Below are positions 1 through 10,800 of a stretch of DNA of 64,000 nt, one piece after another (positions within the stretch are counted from its first letter, which is position 1; every line of letters begins with the position of its first letter). The stretch is from Candidatus Geocrenenecus dongiae (GTDB taxonomy: Archaea; Thermoproteota; Nitrososphaeria_A; Caldarchaeales; Wolframiiraptoraceae): NCBI GenBank assembly GCA_023267855.1, contig JALNLN010000006.1:111-64110 (forward strand), read 5' to 3'. The translations under genes were made by a program, and so were the position numbers. Below the pieces are notes generated by a model. That model saw only the letters and a program-made list of their open reading frames with translations. It was not told the DNA's origin and made no database searches.

Positions 1-266
1 ATCCAACAGCATCTCTATCTAAACTATTACTCCCAACTTTAAAACATTACTTAATCTAGCAATAGAATAATAATTCTAGCTTTAATATTCAAGAAAGTGA
101 TAGATTCTTTTTAATTCAAGGTCAATAATATTTATAGGGGGATAGTAGAACTTGGTTGAGAGGGCATGTCTAGTAAACTTGAGAATTTAAGAATTAGGGA
201 GATTTCTGGAGGGTTTGGAGAAAAGGTAAAGATTATGGTATTGCTAAGATAATGTGATAAAAGAGG

Positions 267-1865
267 ATGACGTTTCCTCAAATAATCCACTTAGATTTAT
301 TGAGGCAGGCATGTAGAGAGATAGCAGAAGAAATAGTGTCGGGGAGGATACATAGTCGTAGAGATTTAGAATCATTAAAACTTAGAGTTTCCGAGAAATA
401 CAAGCTACCTAAAGTTCCATCAAACTTAGAGATACTAGAGAATACCCCAAAAGAGTTTTTGGAGCTTGTTAAGAGTAAATTGTCTAAGAAGCCTACACGT
501 ATCCTCTCCGGGGTAACTGTGATAACTGTTGTTGCACCTATATTCGAGTGTCCTCATGGTAGATGTATTTACTGTCCAGGTGGCGTGAGTTCTCCTAGAA
601 GTTATACTGGGAAAGAGGAATCTGTAGAGAATGCGGAGAAAGTTGGGTACGATCCATATATTCAAGTCTTGAATCAAATTGAGAAGTTGCATAGAATGGG
701 TCATACTGTAGATAAAGTTGAATTGATATTCATAGGTGGGACTTTTAACGCTATGCCTCACGGAGCTCAGAAATGGTTTGTAAAGAGATGTCTAGATGCC
801 TTAAACAATTCTACATCTAAGAGTTTAGAAGAAGCAGTAAAGAAAGCTGAGAAAGCTTCTATAAGATTGTCTGGTATAACTGTTGAGACTAGGCCGGACT
901 GGGCTAGAGTAGATCAGCTGAATAGGCTTCTAGAGATGGGTGTAACTCGGGTAGAACTAGGTGTACAAGCAGTGAATGATGAAATCTATAGTATTGTGAA
1001 AAGAGGCCATACAGTAGAAGATGTAATAGAAGCTACACGCAACTTGAAAGATCTCGGATTTAAAGTAGGATACCATCTTATGCCAAATCTGCCTGGATCC
1101 AGTTTTGAGAAAGATTTAGAAATGTACCGTAGGATATGGAGAGACAGCATGTTTAGACCAGACCTCGTAAAGATATATCCAACGCTAGTACTAGAGGGAA
1201 CAGAACTTTATGAAATGTGGAAGAAAGGTTTGTATAAACCGTACCCAGAAGATATGTTGATCAAACTTCTCGCTCAATGGCTTCTCGAGACACCACCATA
1301 CGTTAGGATACAGAGAATCCAGAGAGAAATCCCGATACCTGAGATAGTGGATGGTGTAAAGATAGGTAATCTAAGAGAAGTAGTTGAAGATTTTCTAAAG
1401 AAGCAGGGGCTTAGATGTAGATGTATAAGATGTAGAGAAGTTGGGAGGAGAATGAGGGAGGGCGTACAGGTATCAGAAGAAAACATAAAACTCTACGTTA
1501 TGAAGTATGAAGCATCAGAAGGATTGGAGTACTTCATATCACTTGAAGATAGAGATGCTGACGTATTGGTGGGCTTTATAAGATTAAGGTATCCATCTAA
1601 AGTACTCAGACCAGAACTTGAAGATGCATCAATAGTTAGAGAACTACACATTTATGGTAGGATGTCTCCTACAGGACGTAGAATAGAGGGTTCATGGCAG
1701 CATAAAGGTTATGGAGCGTCCCTTCTCTCAAAAGCAGAAGAAATAGCGCGTGAAGAAATAGGTACAAAAAAGATAACGGTTATAAGCGGGATAGGTGTTA
1801 GGGAATACTACTATAAAAAAGGATATAGTCTGGATGGTCCATACGTAAGCAAGAGGTTAAATTAA
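267..1865 (+). CDS. elp3: Elongator Elp3 homolog (tRNA uridine-34 modification; radical SAM plus GNAT acetyltransferase domains)
   Basis: 532 aa. Canonical radical-SAM CxxxxCxxC motif (FECPHGRCIYCPGG). C-terminal GNAT/HAT-like region ending in GYGASLL. ATG preceded by AAGAGG. Domain order is that of archaeal Elp3. Confidence 0.85.
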   Translation: MTFPQIIHLDLLRQACREIAEEIVSGRIHSRRDLESLKLRVSEKYKLPKVPSNLEILENTPKEFLELVKSKLSKKPTRILSGVTVITVVAPIFECPHGRCIYCPGGVSSPRSYTGKEESVENAEKVGYDPYIQVLNQIEKLHRMGHTVDKVELIFIGGTFNAMPHGAQKWFVKRCLDALNNSTSKSLEEAVKKAEKASIRLSGITVETRPDWARVDQLNRLLEMGVTRVELGVQAVNDEIYSIVKRGHTVEDVIEATRNLKDLGFKVGYHLMPNLPGSSFEKDLEMYRRIWRDSMFRPDLVKIYPTLVLEGTELYEMWKKGLYKPYPEDMLIKLLAQWLLETPPYVRIQRIQREIPIPEIVDGVKIGNLREVVEDFLKKQGLRCRCIRCREVGRRMREGVQVSEENIKLYVMKYEASEGLEYFISLEDRDADVLVGFIRLRYPSKVLRPELEDASIVRELHIYGRMSPTGRRIEGSWQHKGYGASLLSKAEEIAREEIGTKKITVISGIGVREYYYKKGYSLDGPYVSKRLN

Positions 1866-3011
1866 TTGAGAATCCCTAAGATTAAGCTTGATTTGAAGTT
1901 TGCTTTAGTGGCAGCTACACTTTCATTCATAACATCTTATATCATACATCATCCTAAGGTTCCTGGAAACATATATTCTGACATAATGTCGTTCTGGTAT
2001 AGACCGCTTGTTAGAGATGTTCTAATACCATACGTAAACTATGAATTTGAATATCCGCCTCTTGCAGGTTTAGTAACATATGTCTCTGCGTTAATAGGTG
2101 GTGGTCAGCTAATACCCTACTACAACGTTTTCTCTGCAATAGTTTTTCTCTCCCACATACTACTCATCACAGTGGTTTACAGATTAGCCGTTGAGAAAAA
2201 CATTCCGACAACAATTGTATTGATCTTCTCCGCTCTTTCACCTTCACTTATAATGTATTCTAACTATAACTTTGACACAATCTATATTGCTTTACTCATA
2301 ACATCTCTAGCATTATTTGAGAAAGGCAAGCTTAAATCGTCAGCATTATTGTTCTCAGCATCAATCTTAATGAAACTGACAAGCATACTCCTCCTACCAC
2401 TATTACTATTCCACATAAATAACAAGAAAGATAGATTAACATGTCTATTTTACGTTCTCGTCCCCATAATTTCTGTCAATCTAATATTACAGTTTCTGAA
2501 CCATAATTTTATAGATGAGACATATTTTTATCATGTTAGATGGGGTTTGGAGAATGCGTGGTTTGTATATCTTTTTCCACAACGTGATTGGTGGGATACA
2601 GCAAAAATCTTTAGTTTTCTACTAATGTTGTACGCTCTCTCAAAGATCTACCTAAAGATAATTGATGGTGATGGAAACGTATACGAGTATTCTTTCATGA
2701 TATTCTCAGCTTTTCTTCTCACAAGCTATGTTTTTACACCTCAAATGGTTATCTGGCTACTACCATTCATGGCGCTCATGAACCCTATCTCAACCACATT
2801 CTACATCGCCTACACCATACTAGAGGTAGCTAATGTAGGGATAATCTTAACTTGGTTCATGGAAGAAGATCCGTTGGCTGCTGGATCAATTCCCCAAAAC
2901 CTAGCTTTAATAAGAGCGGCTGCCTTATTCTATCTACTACTCCAAGTATATTACAATAAAGCTGGTAAGAAAATGGTTTGGAGAACTAATAGTTTACAGG
3001 AGGTTTCATGA
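1866..3011 (+). CDS. Polytopic membrane protein, putative GT-C-type glycosyltransferase
   Basis: 381 aa with about 9-10 hydrophobic helices. TTG start immediately after the elp3 stop. Its stop overlaps the next gene start (ATGA). No recognisable soluble domain, so the family assignment is tentative. Confidence 0.4.
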   Translation: MRIPKIKLDLKFALVAATLSFITSYIIHHPKVPGNIYSDIMSFWYRPLVRDVLIPYVNYEFEYPPLAGLVTYVSALIGGGQLIPYYNVFSAIVFLSHILLITVVYRLAVEKNIPTTIVLIFSALSPSLIMYSNYNFDTIYIALLITSLALFEKGKLKSSALLFSASILMKLTSILLLPLLLFHINNKKDRLTCLFYVLVPIISVNLILQFLNHNFIDETYFYHVRWGLENAWFVYLFPQRDWWDTAKIFSFLLMLYALSKIYLKIIDGDGNVYEYSFMIFSAFLLTSYVFTPQMVIWLLPFMALMNPISTTFYIAYTILEVANVGIILTWFMEEDPLAAGSIPQNLALIRAAALFYLLLQVYYNKAGKKMVWRTNSLQEVS

Positions 3012-4300
3012 AGTTGTCTCGTATCAAGAAAATGTTAAAGAGTCTAGATACGTGGCTTATAGTTCTCTCACTGATAGTTTTCTTATTGAAGCTTGCTATA
3101 ATCTCTGAACCATGGCCTAAACTTGAGCCTAAAGATTGTAGAGATCCACCATTTCCTACAGAATGTGCTTTCATATTTGATGAAGCTCACTACGTTCCAG
3201 CAGCACGTAAAATGATGGAAGGTATGGCTGTAAATAATGAACATCCACCTCTATCTAAAGTATTGATTATTTTAGGTATACTGATTTTTGGAGATAATCC
3301 AGTAGGATGGAGGATATTCATGGTTTTATCTGGAGCTATCTCAGTCTATCTAGTAGGAAAGCTATCTTACTTGCTATTGGGAAACCAGAATCTAGCTTTC
3401 ATCTCAGCAACCCTATTCGCATTCGATATAACCTCCTTTAATCTTAGTTCTATGGCGATACTAGACCCGCCGGCATTAGCTTTAAGCATGTTCTCAGCAA
3501 TACTCTTCTTAAAGAAACGATACGTCTACTCAGGAGTATTTATGGGGCTCGCACTTCTATCAAAAATCTCCAGCATCTTCATACTATTAGCATTACTCTT
3601 CTTCCAACTAATTAGAGAAGCCTATCTTAAACCTAAGCTTATAGATGCTTTAAGAAATTTTATGGTGGTTTTAGAGAAATCTCTAATAATCTCGGTACTA
3701 GTACTCGTAGCGGGATTGGCTGTATACGATTATGCTTATAACGTTTTTTCTACACCTTTCGGTCATATCGACTACATACTAAATTACCATACAATACTAA
3801 CTTTTAAAGAAGGAGATACTGTTCATATGCCTCTAAGCTGGACGAATCCATTCCTACAGTATCCACGTGAATCCTATTATGTGGTTACAGTAACAGAAAA
3901 TGGTAAGACATATCATCCTGTAGCCTATTATAGTATGCAGACCCCACTCTGGTGGATGACATGGTTAATAGTAGCATTCATGCTATACCTTTCATACATA
4001 AATCTTGAGAATAGAGTATTCCCGGAGATAGAGATCTTCACACTTTCCTGGATAAGTTTTACATACTTTATATACTTCCCCCTAGCCTACCTTATGCATA
4101 GATGGGTTTACCCATTCTACTTCTATCAAACAGTACCCATTATAGCAGTAGGAATAACATATATACTCTCAGAAGACAAATTCTCTAAGTTAATATTGTA
4201 CGTGCTTACAGCATTACAGATAGCATGGTTTATAGTTTGGTTTCCAGTTAAACCACAATGGTTAATAGATCTTCTACTATTACTTAACCTACCAGCATAG
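3008..4300 (+). CDS. PMT/ArnT-family (GT39/GT83-like) GT-C glycosyltransferase
   Basis: 430 aa. First extracytoplasmic loop carries the DE motif typical of the PMT_2 family (FIFDEAHYVPAARKM ... NNEHPPLSK). Many transmembrane helices. ATG with GGAGG SD; ATGA overlap with the upstream gene. Confidence 0.6.
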   Translation: MKLSRIKKMLKSLDTWLIVLSLIVFLLKLAIISEPWPKLEPKDCRDPPFPTECAFIFDEAHYVPAARKMMEGMAVNNEHPPLSKVLIILGILIFGDNPVGWRIFMVLSGAISVYLVGKLSYLLLGNQNLAFISATLFAFDITSFNLSSMAILDPPALALSMFSAILFLKKRYVYSGVFMGLALLSKISSIFILLALLFFQLIREAYLKPKLIDALRNFMVVLEKSLIISVLVLVAGLAVYDYAYNVFSTPFGHIDYILNYHTILTFKEGDTVHMPLSWTNPFLQYPRESYYVVTVTENGKTYHPVAYYSMQTPLWWMTWLIVAFMLYLSYINLENRVFPEIEIFTLSWISFTYFIYFPLAYLMHRWVYPFYFYQTVPIIAVGITYILSEDKFSKLILYVLTALQIAWFIVWFPVKPQWLIDLLLLLNLPA

Positions 4301-4470
4301 CTTTTCTAAGTAAAATTTAAGAAAACAAGGATATTCGATATTTCTCCTGAGAACTTTAGAGCTCTCTTTAATCTTTAAAGCTAGGTTTCTATTTAGAATT
4401 GAGCTAAAAAGGGAAAAGCTTAAAGTTGAGGTAGTTGATAATTGTTTTGAAGACTTGGAGATTATGAATC

Positions 4471-4477
4471 TTTATAG
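4471..4477 (+). promoter_or_regulatory. Candidate TATA box (TTTATAG) for rpoB
   Basis: AT-rich TATA-like element about 55 nt upstream of the rpoB ATG. A GGAGGG SD sits at 4517-4522. Spacing fits an archaeal promoter with a ~30-nt leader. Confidence 0.3.
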
Positions 4478-4530
4478 GGTTGTGGATAAGTTACTTTTCA
4501 GGGTATTTGAAAATATGGAGGGTTTGAAGA

Positions 4531-7500
4531 ATGTCTAGACAGGAAGTTAAGCAGGTGGACTTAACTAGTGAAGATTTATGGGAGGTTATGAGAGCTTATC
4601 TTGAAGAAGGATTAGTAGAACATCAGAAAAGATCTTACAATTACTTTATCAGAGAAGGCTTAAAAGAATTGGTTCAATCTTTAGGGAATCTTGAAGTAAA
4701 AACTAAGTATGGTACTTTAATCGTAAAGTTGAGTAATCCTGAGATAGGTACACCGAAGATCGTTGAGATAGATGGAACAGTAACAGAGAATGTTACACCT
4801 ATGGAGTGTAGGTTAAGAAACTTAACATATGCTGCACCACTATACGTCAAACTATCTCTCTACATTAATGGAAATCTACTCTCAAGCGAGAGGGTGGAGG
4901 TTGGGATAATACCTATAATGGTTAAATCGGAAATCTGTCCACTCTCGAAAATGACTGAAGACGAGCTTATGGAGATAGGAGAAGACCCTAAGGATCCAGG
5001 AGGATACTTTATTATAAATGGTTCTGAGAGAGTTATAGTTGCTATAGAAGATCTCGCACCTAACAGGATAATCATAACAGAAAAAGATTCAGAATCAGGG
5101 CAGTTAAGTGCGGTAGTCTTATCCACTATTCATGGTAGACAATCAAGAGTAGAAGTAACATACAAACCAGGAAGCCCGCTGAAGGTTTTCTTCTCTAGAA
5201 TCTATAAAGGCATACCAGCCATAATAATGCTTAGAGCGCTTGGAATGGTTAATGATAAAGAGATAGTTAGTATGATCTCACCTCTGAAAGAAGTACAAGA
5301 GCTTCTCATACCATCATTCCAAGAAGCTGAAGGAATAGATACAGAGCTAGATGCATTAAAATACATAGGAAATAGAGTGGCTTTCGGTTACGCTGAAGAA
5401 TACAGATTACAGAGAGCAGAACAGCTGATCGATACAATATTCCTACCACACATAGGGTCAAACAAAGCTGCTAGATATCAGAAAGCATTATTCCTTTGCG
5501 AAATGATTGGTAGGCTTCTAGAAACAAGTTTAAAGATTAGAAAGCCAAGTGATAGAGACCACTACGCAAATAAAAGAGTGAAACTTGCAGGACCACTCTT
5601 AATGGAGCTTTACAGAGTAGCTTTCATGAAGCTTCTGAGAGATATAAGATACCAGCTAGAGAAGATAACATCGATAAGATACTCCATAAACATCTCCACA
5701 TTCATTAGACCGGGAATAGTGACGGACTTTGTTAAACATGCTTTTGCAACAGGCAACTGGCCTGGAGGACGTGTAGGTGTAACACAACTCTTAAACAGGA
5801 CAAACTATCTTGCAACTATAAGCCATCTAAGACGTGTCCAGTCGCCACTAAGTAGGAGTCAACCTCACTTCGAAGCTAGAGATCTACATGGAACCCACTG
5901 GGGTAGGATATGTCCAGCAGAGACGCCTGAAGGATCAAACTGTGGGCTAGTTAAGAATCTAGCATTAGGTGCAGAAATAACTACACAAGCAAAGAAGAGG
6001 GAATTGCTGGAGAAACTGTATTCTGTAGGTGTTGTACCTTTAACAGAGATGCTTTCTAGAAAGAAGACATATTCTACAAAAGTTTTCGTTGATGGTTTAC
6101 TCATAGGATTCCATACAAATGGTAAAGAACTCGTAAAAGCTCTCAGAGAACTTAGGAGGAATGGTGAGATAAGTAGTCAGGTCAACTTCGCTCTCTACAC
6201 ATATCCACATATACAGGAAGTCTGGATAAATACAGATGAAGGCAGGGTCAGACGTCCGCTAATAATAGTCGAGAACGGTAAACCATTATTAACGAAAACA
6301 GACGTCGAAGCTTTAAGAAACAAGACTCTACGCTTCAGAGATCTCATTTCTCAAGGAAAAATAGAGTTTCTAGATGCTGAAGAAGAAGAAAATGCTTTGG
6401 TAGCACTTACGCCAGATAAGATAACGAGTGAGACGACTCATCTTGAAATCTGTCCCTACGCTATTCTAGGCGTAGTTGCTGCAACAATACCTTACGCTGA
6501 ACATAACCAGTCTCCGAGAAACGTTTACCAGGGAGCAATGGGTAAACAAGCACTCGGAATATTTGCGATAAACTATAACTTGAGAGTAGATTCTAGAATG
6601 CATGTTCTACTCTATCCACAGAAACCTATAGTAGTAACCAAAGCCATAGATCTAATTGGAATAAATCAGAGACCTATAGGTCAAAATATGGTGGTTGCAA
6701 TACTAACAGGTCAAGGATATAATATGGAAGATGCAGTAGTCTTGAATAAATCATCTATAGAGAGAGGGCTAGGCGTATCTCTAAGCTACAGAACTTATGA
6801 AGTTGAAGCTAGAACATATATAGGTGGTCAGAAAGATAGGATAGAGATACCTGATCCTTCCGTGAGAGGTTACAGGGGCGAACATGCATACAGGGTTCTA
6901 GATGAAGATGGTTTAGCACATATTGAATCAGAGGTTACGGGTGGAACAGTCATAATTGGTGTGAAGAGTCCACCGAGATTCATGGAGGAGTATCAGAGAG
7001 CACCTGCTAGAGAAATGGTTTGGAGAGATGCATCTGAAACTGTTAGACCGTCTGAGATAGGTGTAGTTGACAGTATCTTCATAACTAAGACGGAAGAAGG
7101 AAACAAGCTTATAAAAGCTAGAGTTAGAACACTGTGTGTAGCTGAGATCGGAGACAAGTTTTCTTCTAGACATGGGCAGAAAGGTGTAGTTGGAATGGTG
7201 TTACCACAAGAAGACATGCCTTACACTGAGAGCGGTATAGTTCCAGATCTAATCATTAATCCACATGCATTCCCAAGTAGAATGACGATAGGGCAGCTAA
7301 TAGAAAGCATAGCTGGAAAAGTAGCAGCATTAAAAGGAGAATTTATAGATGGCACACCATTCATGGGTAAACCTCTAGAAGAACTTAGAAGAGAACTAGA
7401 ACAACTTGGATTCAAGAGTAGTGGTAAAGAAGTGATGTACGATGGATTGACTGGCAAACGTTATGAAGTGGAGATATTCATAGGCATAGTTTATTATCAG

Positions 7501-7890
7501 AGGTTACATCACTTAGTTAGAGATAAGATTCATGCTAGATCACGTGGACAGGTACAGATACTCACTAGACAGCCGACCGAAGGTAGAAGTAGAGGTGGTG
7601 GATTAAAGTTCGGAGAGATGGAGAGGGATTGCTTGATTGCTCATGGTGCAAGCTTTCTCCTCCTCGACCGCCTCCTAGAACAGAGCGATAAACATACAGC
7701 ATACTTCTGCGAAATTTGTGGTTTACCAGCATACTATGATCTTAAACAAGAAAGATTTATATGTCCAATACATGGGAAAGATGTTAAAACTAGACCTGTA
7801 ACGCTGTCTTATGCATTCTATCTACTTCTAGAAGAGATGATGAGCATGATAATCTATCCTAAGTTAATATTTGAGGAGAAGGTGATCTAG
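4531..7890 (+). CDS. rpoB: DNA-directed RNA polymerase subunit B (unsplit Rpo2)
   Basis: 1119 aa. Universal RpoB motifs present: GEMERD, the C-terminal zinc ribbon CEICGLPAYYD...CPIHG, and NGSERV. Unsplit form is typical of Crenarchaeota. Confidence 0.95.
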   Translation: MSRQEVKQVDLTSEDLWEVMRAYLEEGLVEHQKRSYNYFIREGLKELVQSLGNLEVKTKYGTLIVKLSNPEIGTPKIVEIDGTVTENVTPMECRLRNLTYAAPLYVKLSLYINGNLLSSERVEVGIIPIMVKSEICPLSKMTEDELMEIGEDPKDPGGYFIINGSERVIVAIEDLAPNRIIITEKDSESGQLSAVVLSTIHGRQSRVEVTYKPGSPLKVFFSRIYKGIPAIIMLRALGMVNDKEIVSMISPLKEVQELLIPSFQEAEGIDTELDALKYIGNRVAFGYAEEYRLQRAEQLIDTIFLPHIGSNKAARYQKALFLCEMIGRLLETSLKIRKPSDRDHYANKRVKLAGPLLMELYRVAFMKLLRDIRYQLEKITSIRYSINISTFIRPGIVTDFVKHAFATGNWPGGRVGVTQLLNRTNYLATISHLRRVQSPLSRSQPHFEARDLHGTHWGRICPAETPEGSNCGLVKNLALGAEITTQAKKRELLEKLYSVGVVPLTEMLSRKKTYSTKVFVDGLLIGFHTNGKELVKALRELRRNGEISSQVNFALYTYPHIQEVWINTDEGRVRRPLIIVENGKPLLTKTDVEALRNKTLRFRDLISQGKIEFLDAEEEENALVALTPDKITSETTHLEICPYAILGVVAATIPYAEHNQSPRNVYQGAMGKQALGIFAINYNLRVDSRMHVLLYPQKPIVVTKAIDLIGINQRPIGQNMVVAILTGQGYNMEDAVVLNKSSIERGLGVSLSYRTYEVEARTYIGGQKDRIEIPDPSVRGYRGEHAYRVLDEDGLAHIESEVTGGTVIIGVKSPPRFMEEYQRAPAREMVWRDASETVRPSEIGVVDSIFITKTEEGNKLIKARVRTLCVAEIGDKFSSRHGQKGVVGMVLPQEDMPYTESGIVPDLIINPHAFPSRMTIGQLIESIAGKVAALKGEFIDGTPFMGKPLEELRRELEQLGFKSSGKEVMYDGLTGKRYEVEIFIGIVYYQRLHHLVRDKIHARSRGQVQILTRQPTEGRSRGGGLKFGEMERDCLIAHGASFLLLDRLLEQSDKHTAYFCEICGLPAYYDLKQERFICPIHGKDVKTRPVTLSYAFYLLLEEMMSMIIYPKLIFEEKVI

Positions 7891-7893
7891 AAA

Positions 7894-10800
7894 ATGTCGT
7901 ATATAGGATCTGTTTCAGCAATAAAATTCGGAATACTTTCACCTGAAATGATAAGAGAGATGAGCGTAGCAGAGATCCAGAACCCAGACACCTACGATGA
8001 AGATGGTTTACCAATACCTGGAGGAGTAATGGATCCGAGACTTGGAACACTAGAACCAGGACAGAGATGTAAAACATGTGGAAACACTTACCTAAACTGT
8101 CCAGGTCACTTCGGTCACATAGAACTTCCTGTACCAGTAATACACGTAGGATTCGTGAAACACATACACAATCTACTAAAAGCAACTTGTAGAAGTTGTG
8201 GTAGAATACTCCTAACAGACTCAGACATAGCTATGTATAAAAGTAAGATAGAAGAGATGAAAGCCTCAGGTCGAATAAGTAAAGAAGTATACTATAAGAT
8301 TCTCCAGAAAGCGATGTCTACAACAACGTGTCCACACTGTGGTGAACGTCAATTAAAGATAGAACTCGAGAAACCTACAACATTCATAGAGATCACTGAA
8401 GGTGGACCGAGAAGGCTGGCGCCACATGTTGTTAGAGCTAGACTTGAAAGGATACCTGATAGTGATCTCGAGCTGCTAGATGTGGATCCCAAGATGGCTA
8501 GACCCGAATGGATGGTTTTAACAGTATTGCCTGTTCCACCAGTATATGTTAGACCAAGCATAACACTTGAATCAGGATTTAGAAGTGAAGACGACTTAAC
8601 CCACAAACTCGTAGACATACTTAGAGTAGTCCAGAGACTTAGAGAGAACATAAATGCGGGTTCACCCTCACCTGTCATAGCAGAACTCGCAGACCTCCTC
8701 CAATACCATGTAACAACATACTTCAATAATGAGGTTCCAGGAATAGCTCCAGCGACCCATAGAAGTGGTAGACCCTTAAAGACACTTGCTCAACGTCTTA
8801 AAGGTAAGGAAGGCAGATTTAGATTAAATCTAAGTGGTAAGAGAGTAGACTTTTCAGCTAGAACAGTAATCTCCCCAGACCCGAATATCGATATAGACCA
8901 GGTTGGTGTGCCAATAGAAGTGGCGATGCAGTTAACAGTGCCTGAGAGAGTTACTGAATGGAATATAGAGAGGCTTAGACAGCATGTTAGGAATGGTCCG
9001 GACAAGTATCCAGGAGCAAAATATGTCATTAGACCAGACGGTAAGAGGATTAGATTAAAGTTTGCACAAGATTTAGATGAGATAGCGAACGCTCTTGAAC
9101 CAGGCTTCATAGTTGAACGCCACCTAATAGACGGAGACATAGTTCTCTTCAATCGTCAACCAAGCTTACATAGAATGTCAATAATGGCCCATAGAGTTAA
9201 GATATTGCCTGGGAAAACGTTCCGATTAAATCTCTGTGTATGTACTCCGTATAACGCTGACTTCGATGGAGATGAGATGAATCTACATGTACCTCAAAGT
9301 GAAGAAGCACAAGCAGAAGCACGCCTACTCCTAATAGTACAGAACAACATACTATCACCTAGATATGGTGCACCGATAATAGGTGCGATAAGAGATTTCC
9401 TAACATCCCTATACCTACTTACAAAAGATGGAACATACCTATCCAAGAAAGAATTCTCATACCTACTGGCTCAGATAGGTTATGAGGGAGAGCTTCCAGA
9501 ACCAGAGATAAAAGAACCTGAACCAAAGTGGAGTGGGAAACAGCTTTTCAGCATGCTCTTACCAAAAGACTTTAACCATAGATTCAAAGCTGCATTTTCA
9601 CCTGAAATAGAAGTAGTTATTGAGAATGGTAGGCTGGTTAAAGGTGTTATAGATAAGAATGCTGTAGGTGTAGAGAAAGCGAACAGCATCTTACACAGGA
9701 TAATGATGGAGCACGGTCCAGAGAAGGCGAAAGACTTCCTCAACAAGCTTGTCAGAATAGCCAACGCCTACCTAAACCTCAGAGGCTTCAGCTTCGGCAT
9801 AGACGATCTCCATGTCCCAGAAGAAGCCTACAAAGAAATAGAAGAAATATTCAAGAAGATGGATGAAGCATTCAACGCTCTGAAAACAGATTATGAGAAG
9901 GGTAGGATAGAAGTAAGACCTGGAGAAACACTTGAACAAGCATTCGAATCAAATATTCTCCAAATAGAGAAAGAAGCAAGAGATTCAGCTGGACAGATTG
10001 TGAGAAAATACATATCACCTAATAGTAGCGCAGTTATAATGACGAGGACTGGTGCTAGAGGTTCTCTACTAAACATAGATCAAATGGTTGGTGTAGTTGG
10101 ACAACAAGCAGTTAGAAGAGAGAGGATAAAGAGAGGATTCACAGACAGAGTATTAACCTTCTTTAAGCCTGGAGATTTATCGCCTAAAGCTAGAGGCTTC
10201 GTATACCACTCATTCCTTAAAGGATTAGACCCAATAGAGTTCTTCTTCCATATGGCTGGAGGGAGAGACGGTCTAGTAGATACTGCTGTAAGAACACAGC
10301 AGAGTGGTTACATGCAGAGAAGACTTGTGAATGCCCTAGAACCACTATACGTAGAATACGATGGAACCGTAAGAATAATGGATGATAGAAGAATAGTACA
10401 ATTCTTGTACGGTGAAGATGGAATAGACCCTGCTAAGAGCTATCATGGAGAAGCAGTAAACATGGAGATAATAATGAATAGACTTGGACTTAAACCAAGA
10501 GGAGAAGGAGAAAAAATGAAATCAGAAGAAATAGAAGAAATAGCCTCAAGATATAGAAACAAACTTCCTAAACTAGTGATAGAAAAGATGAAGAAGTTTA
10601 TCTTAGATAAACGATTAACTAGAGATGAGGCAGAAAGATTTGCGAGAGAAGTATATAAAGAGTATTTAGGGAATAGGGTTGAGCCAGGTGAAGCTGTCGG
10701 TATTGTTACAGCTCAATCTATAGGAGAGCCTAGCACTCAGCTAACACTCAGAACATTCCACTTCGCTGGAGTTAGAGAGCAGAGTATACTGCTAGGTCTA

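Noticed and set aside
4465-4539. 24-codon ORF (MNLYRVVDKLLFRVFENMEGLKNV) just upstream of rpoB, considered as a possible rpoH
   Set aside because: It is far too short and has no similarity to the RpoH/Rpb5 C-terminal domain. The region is better explained as rpoB promoter and leader.
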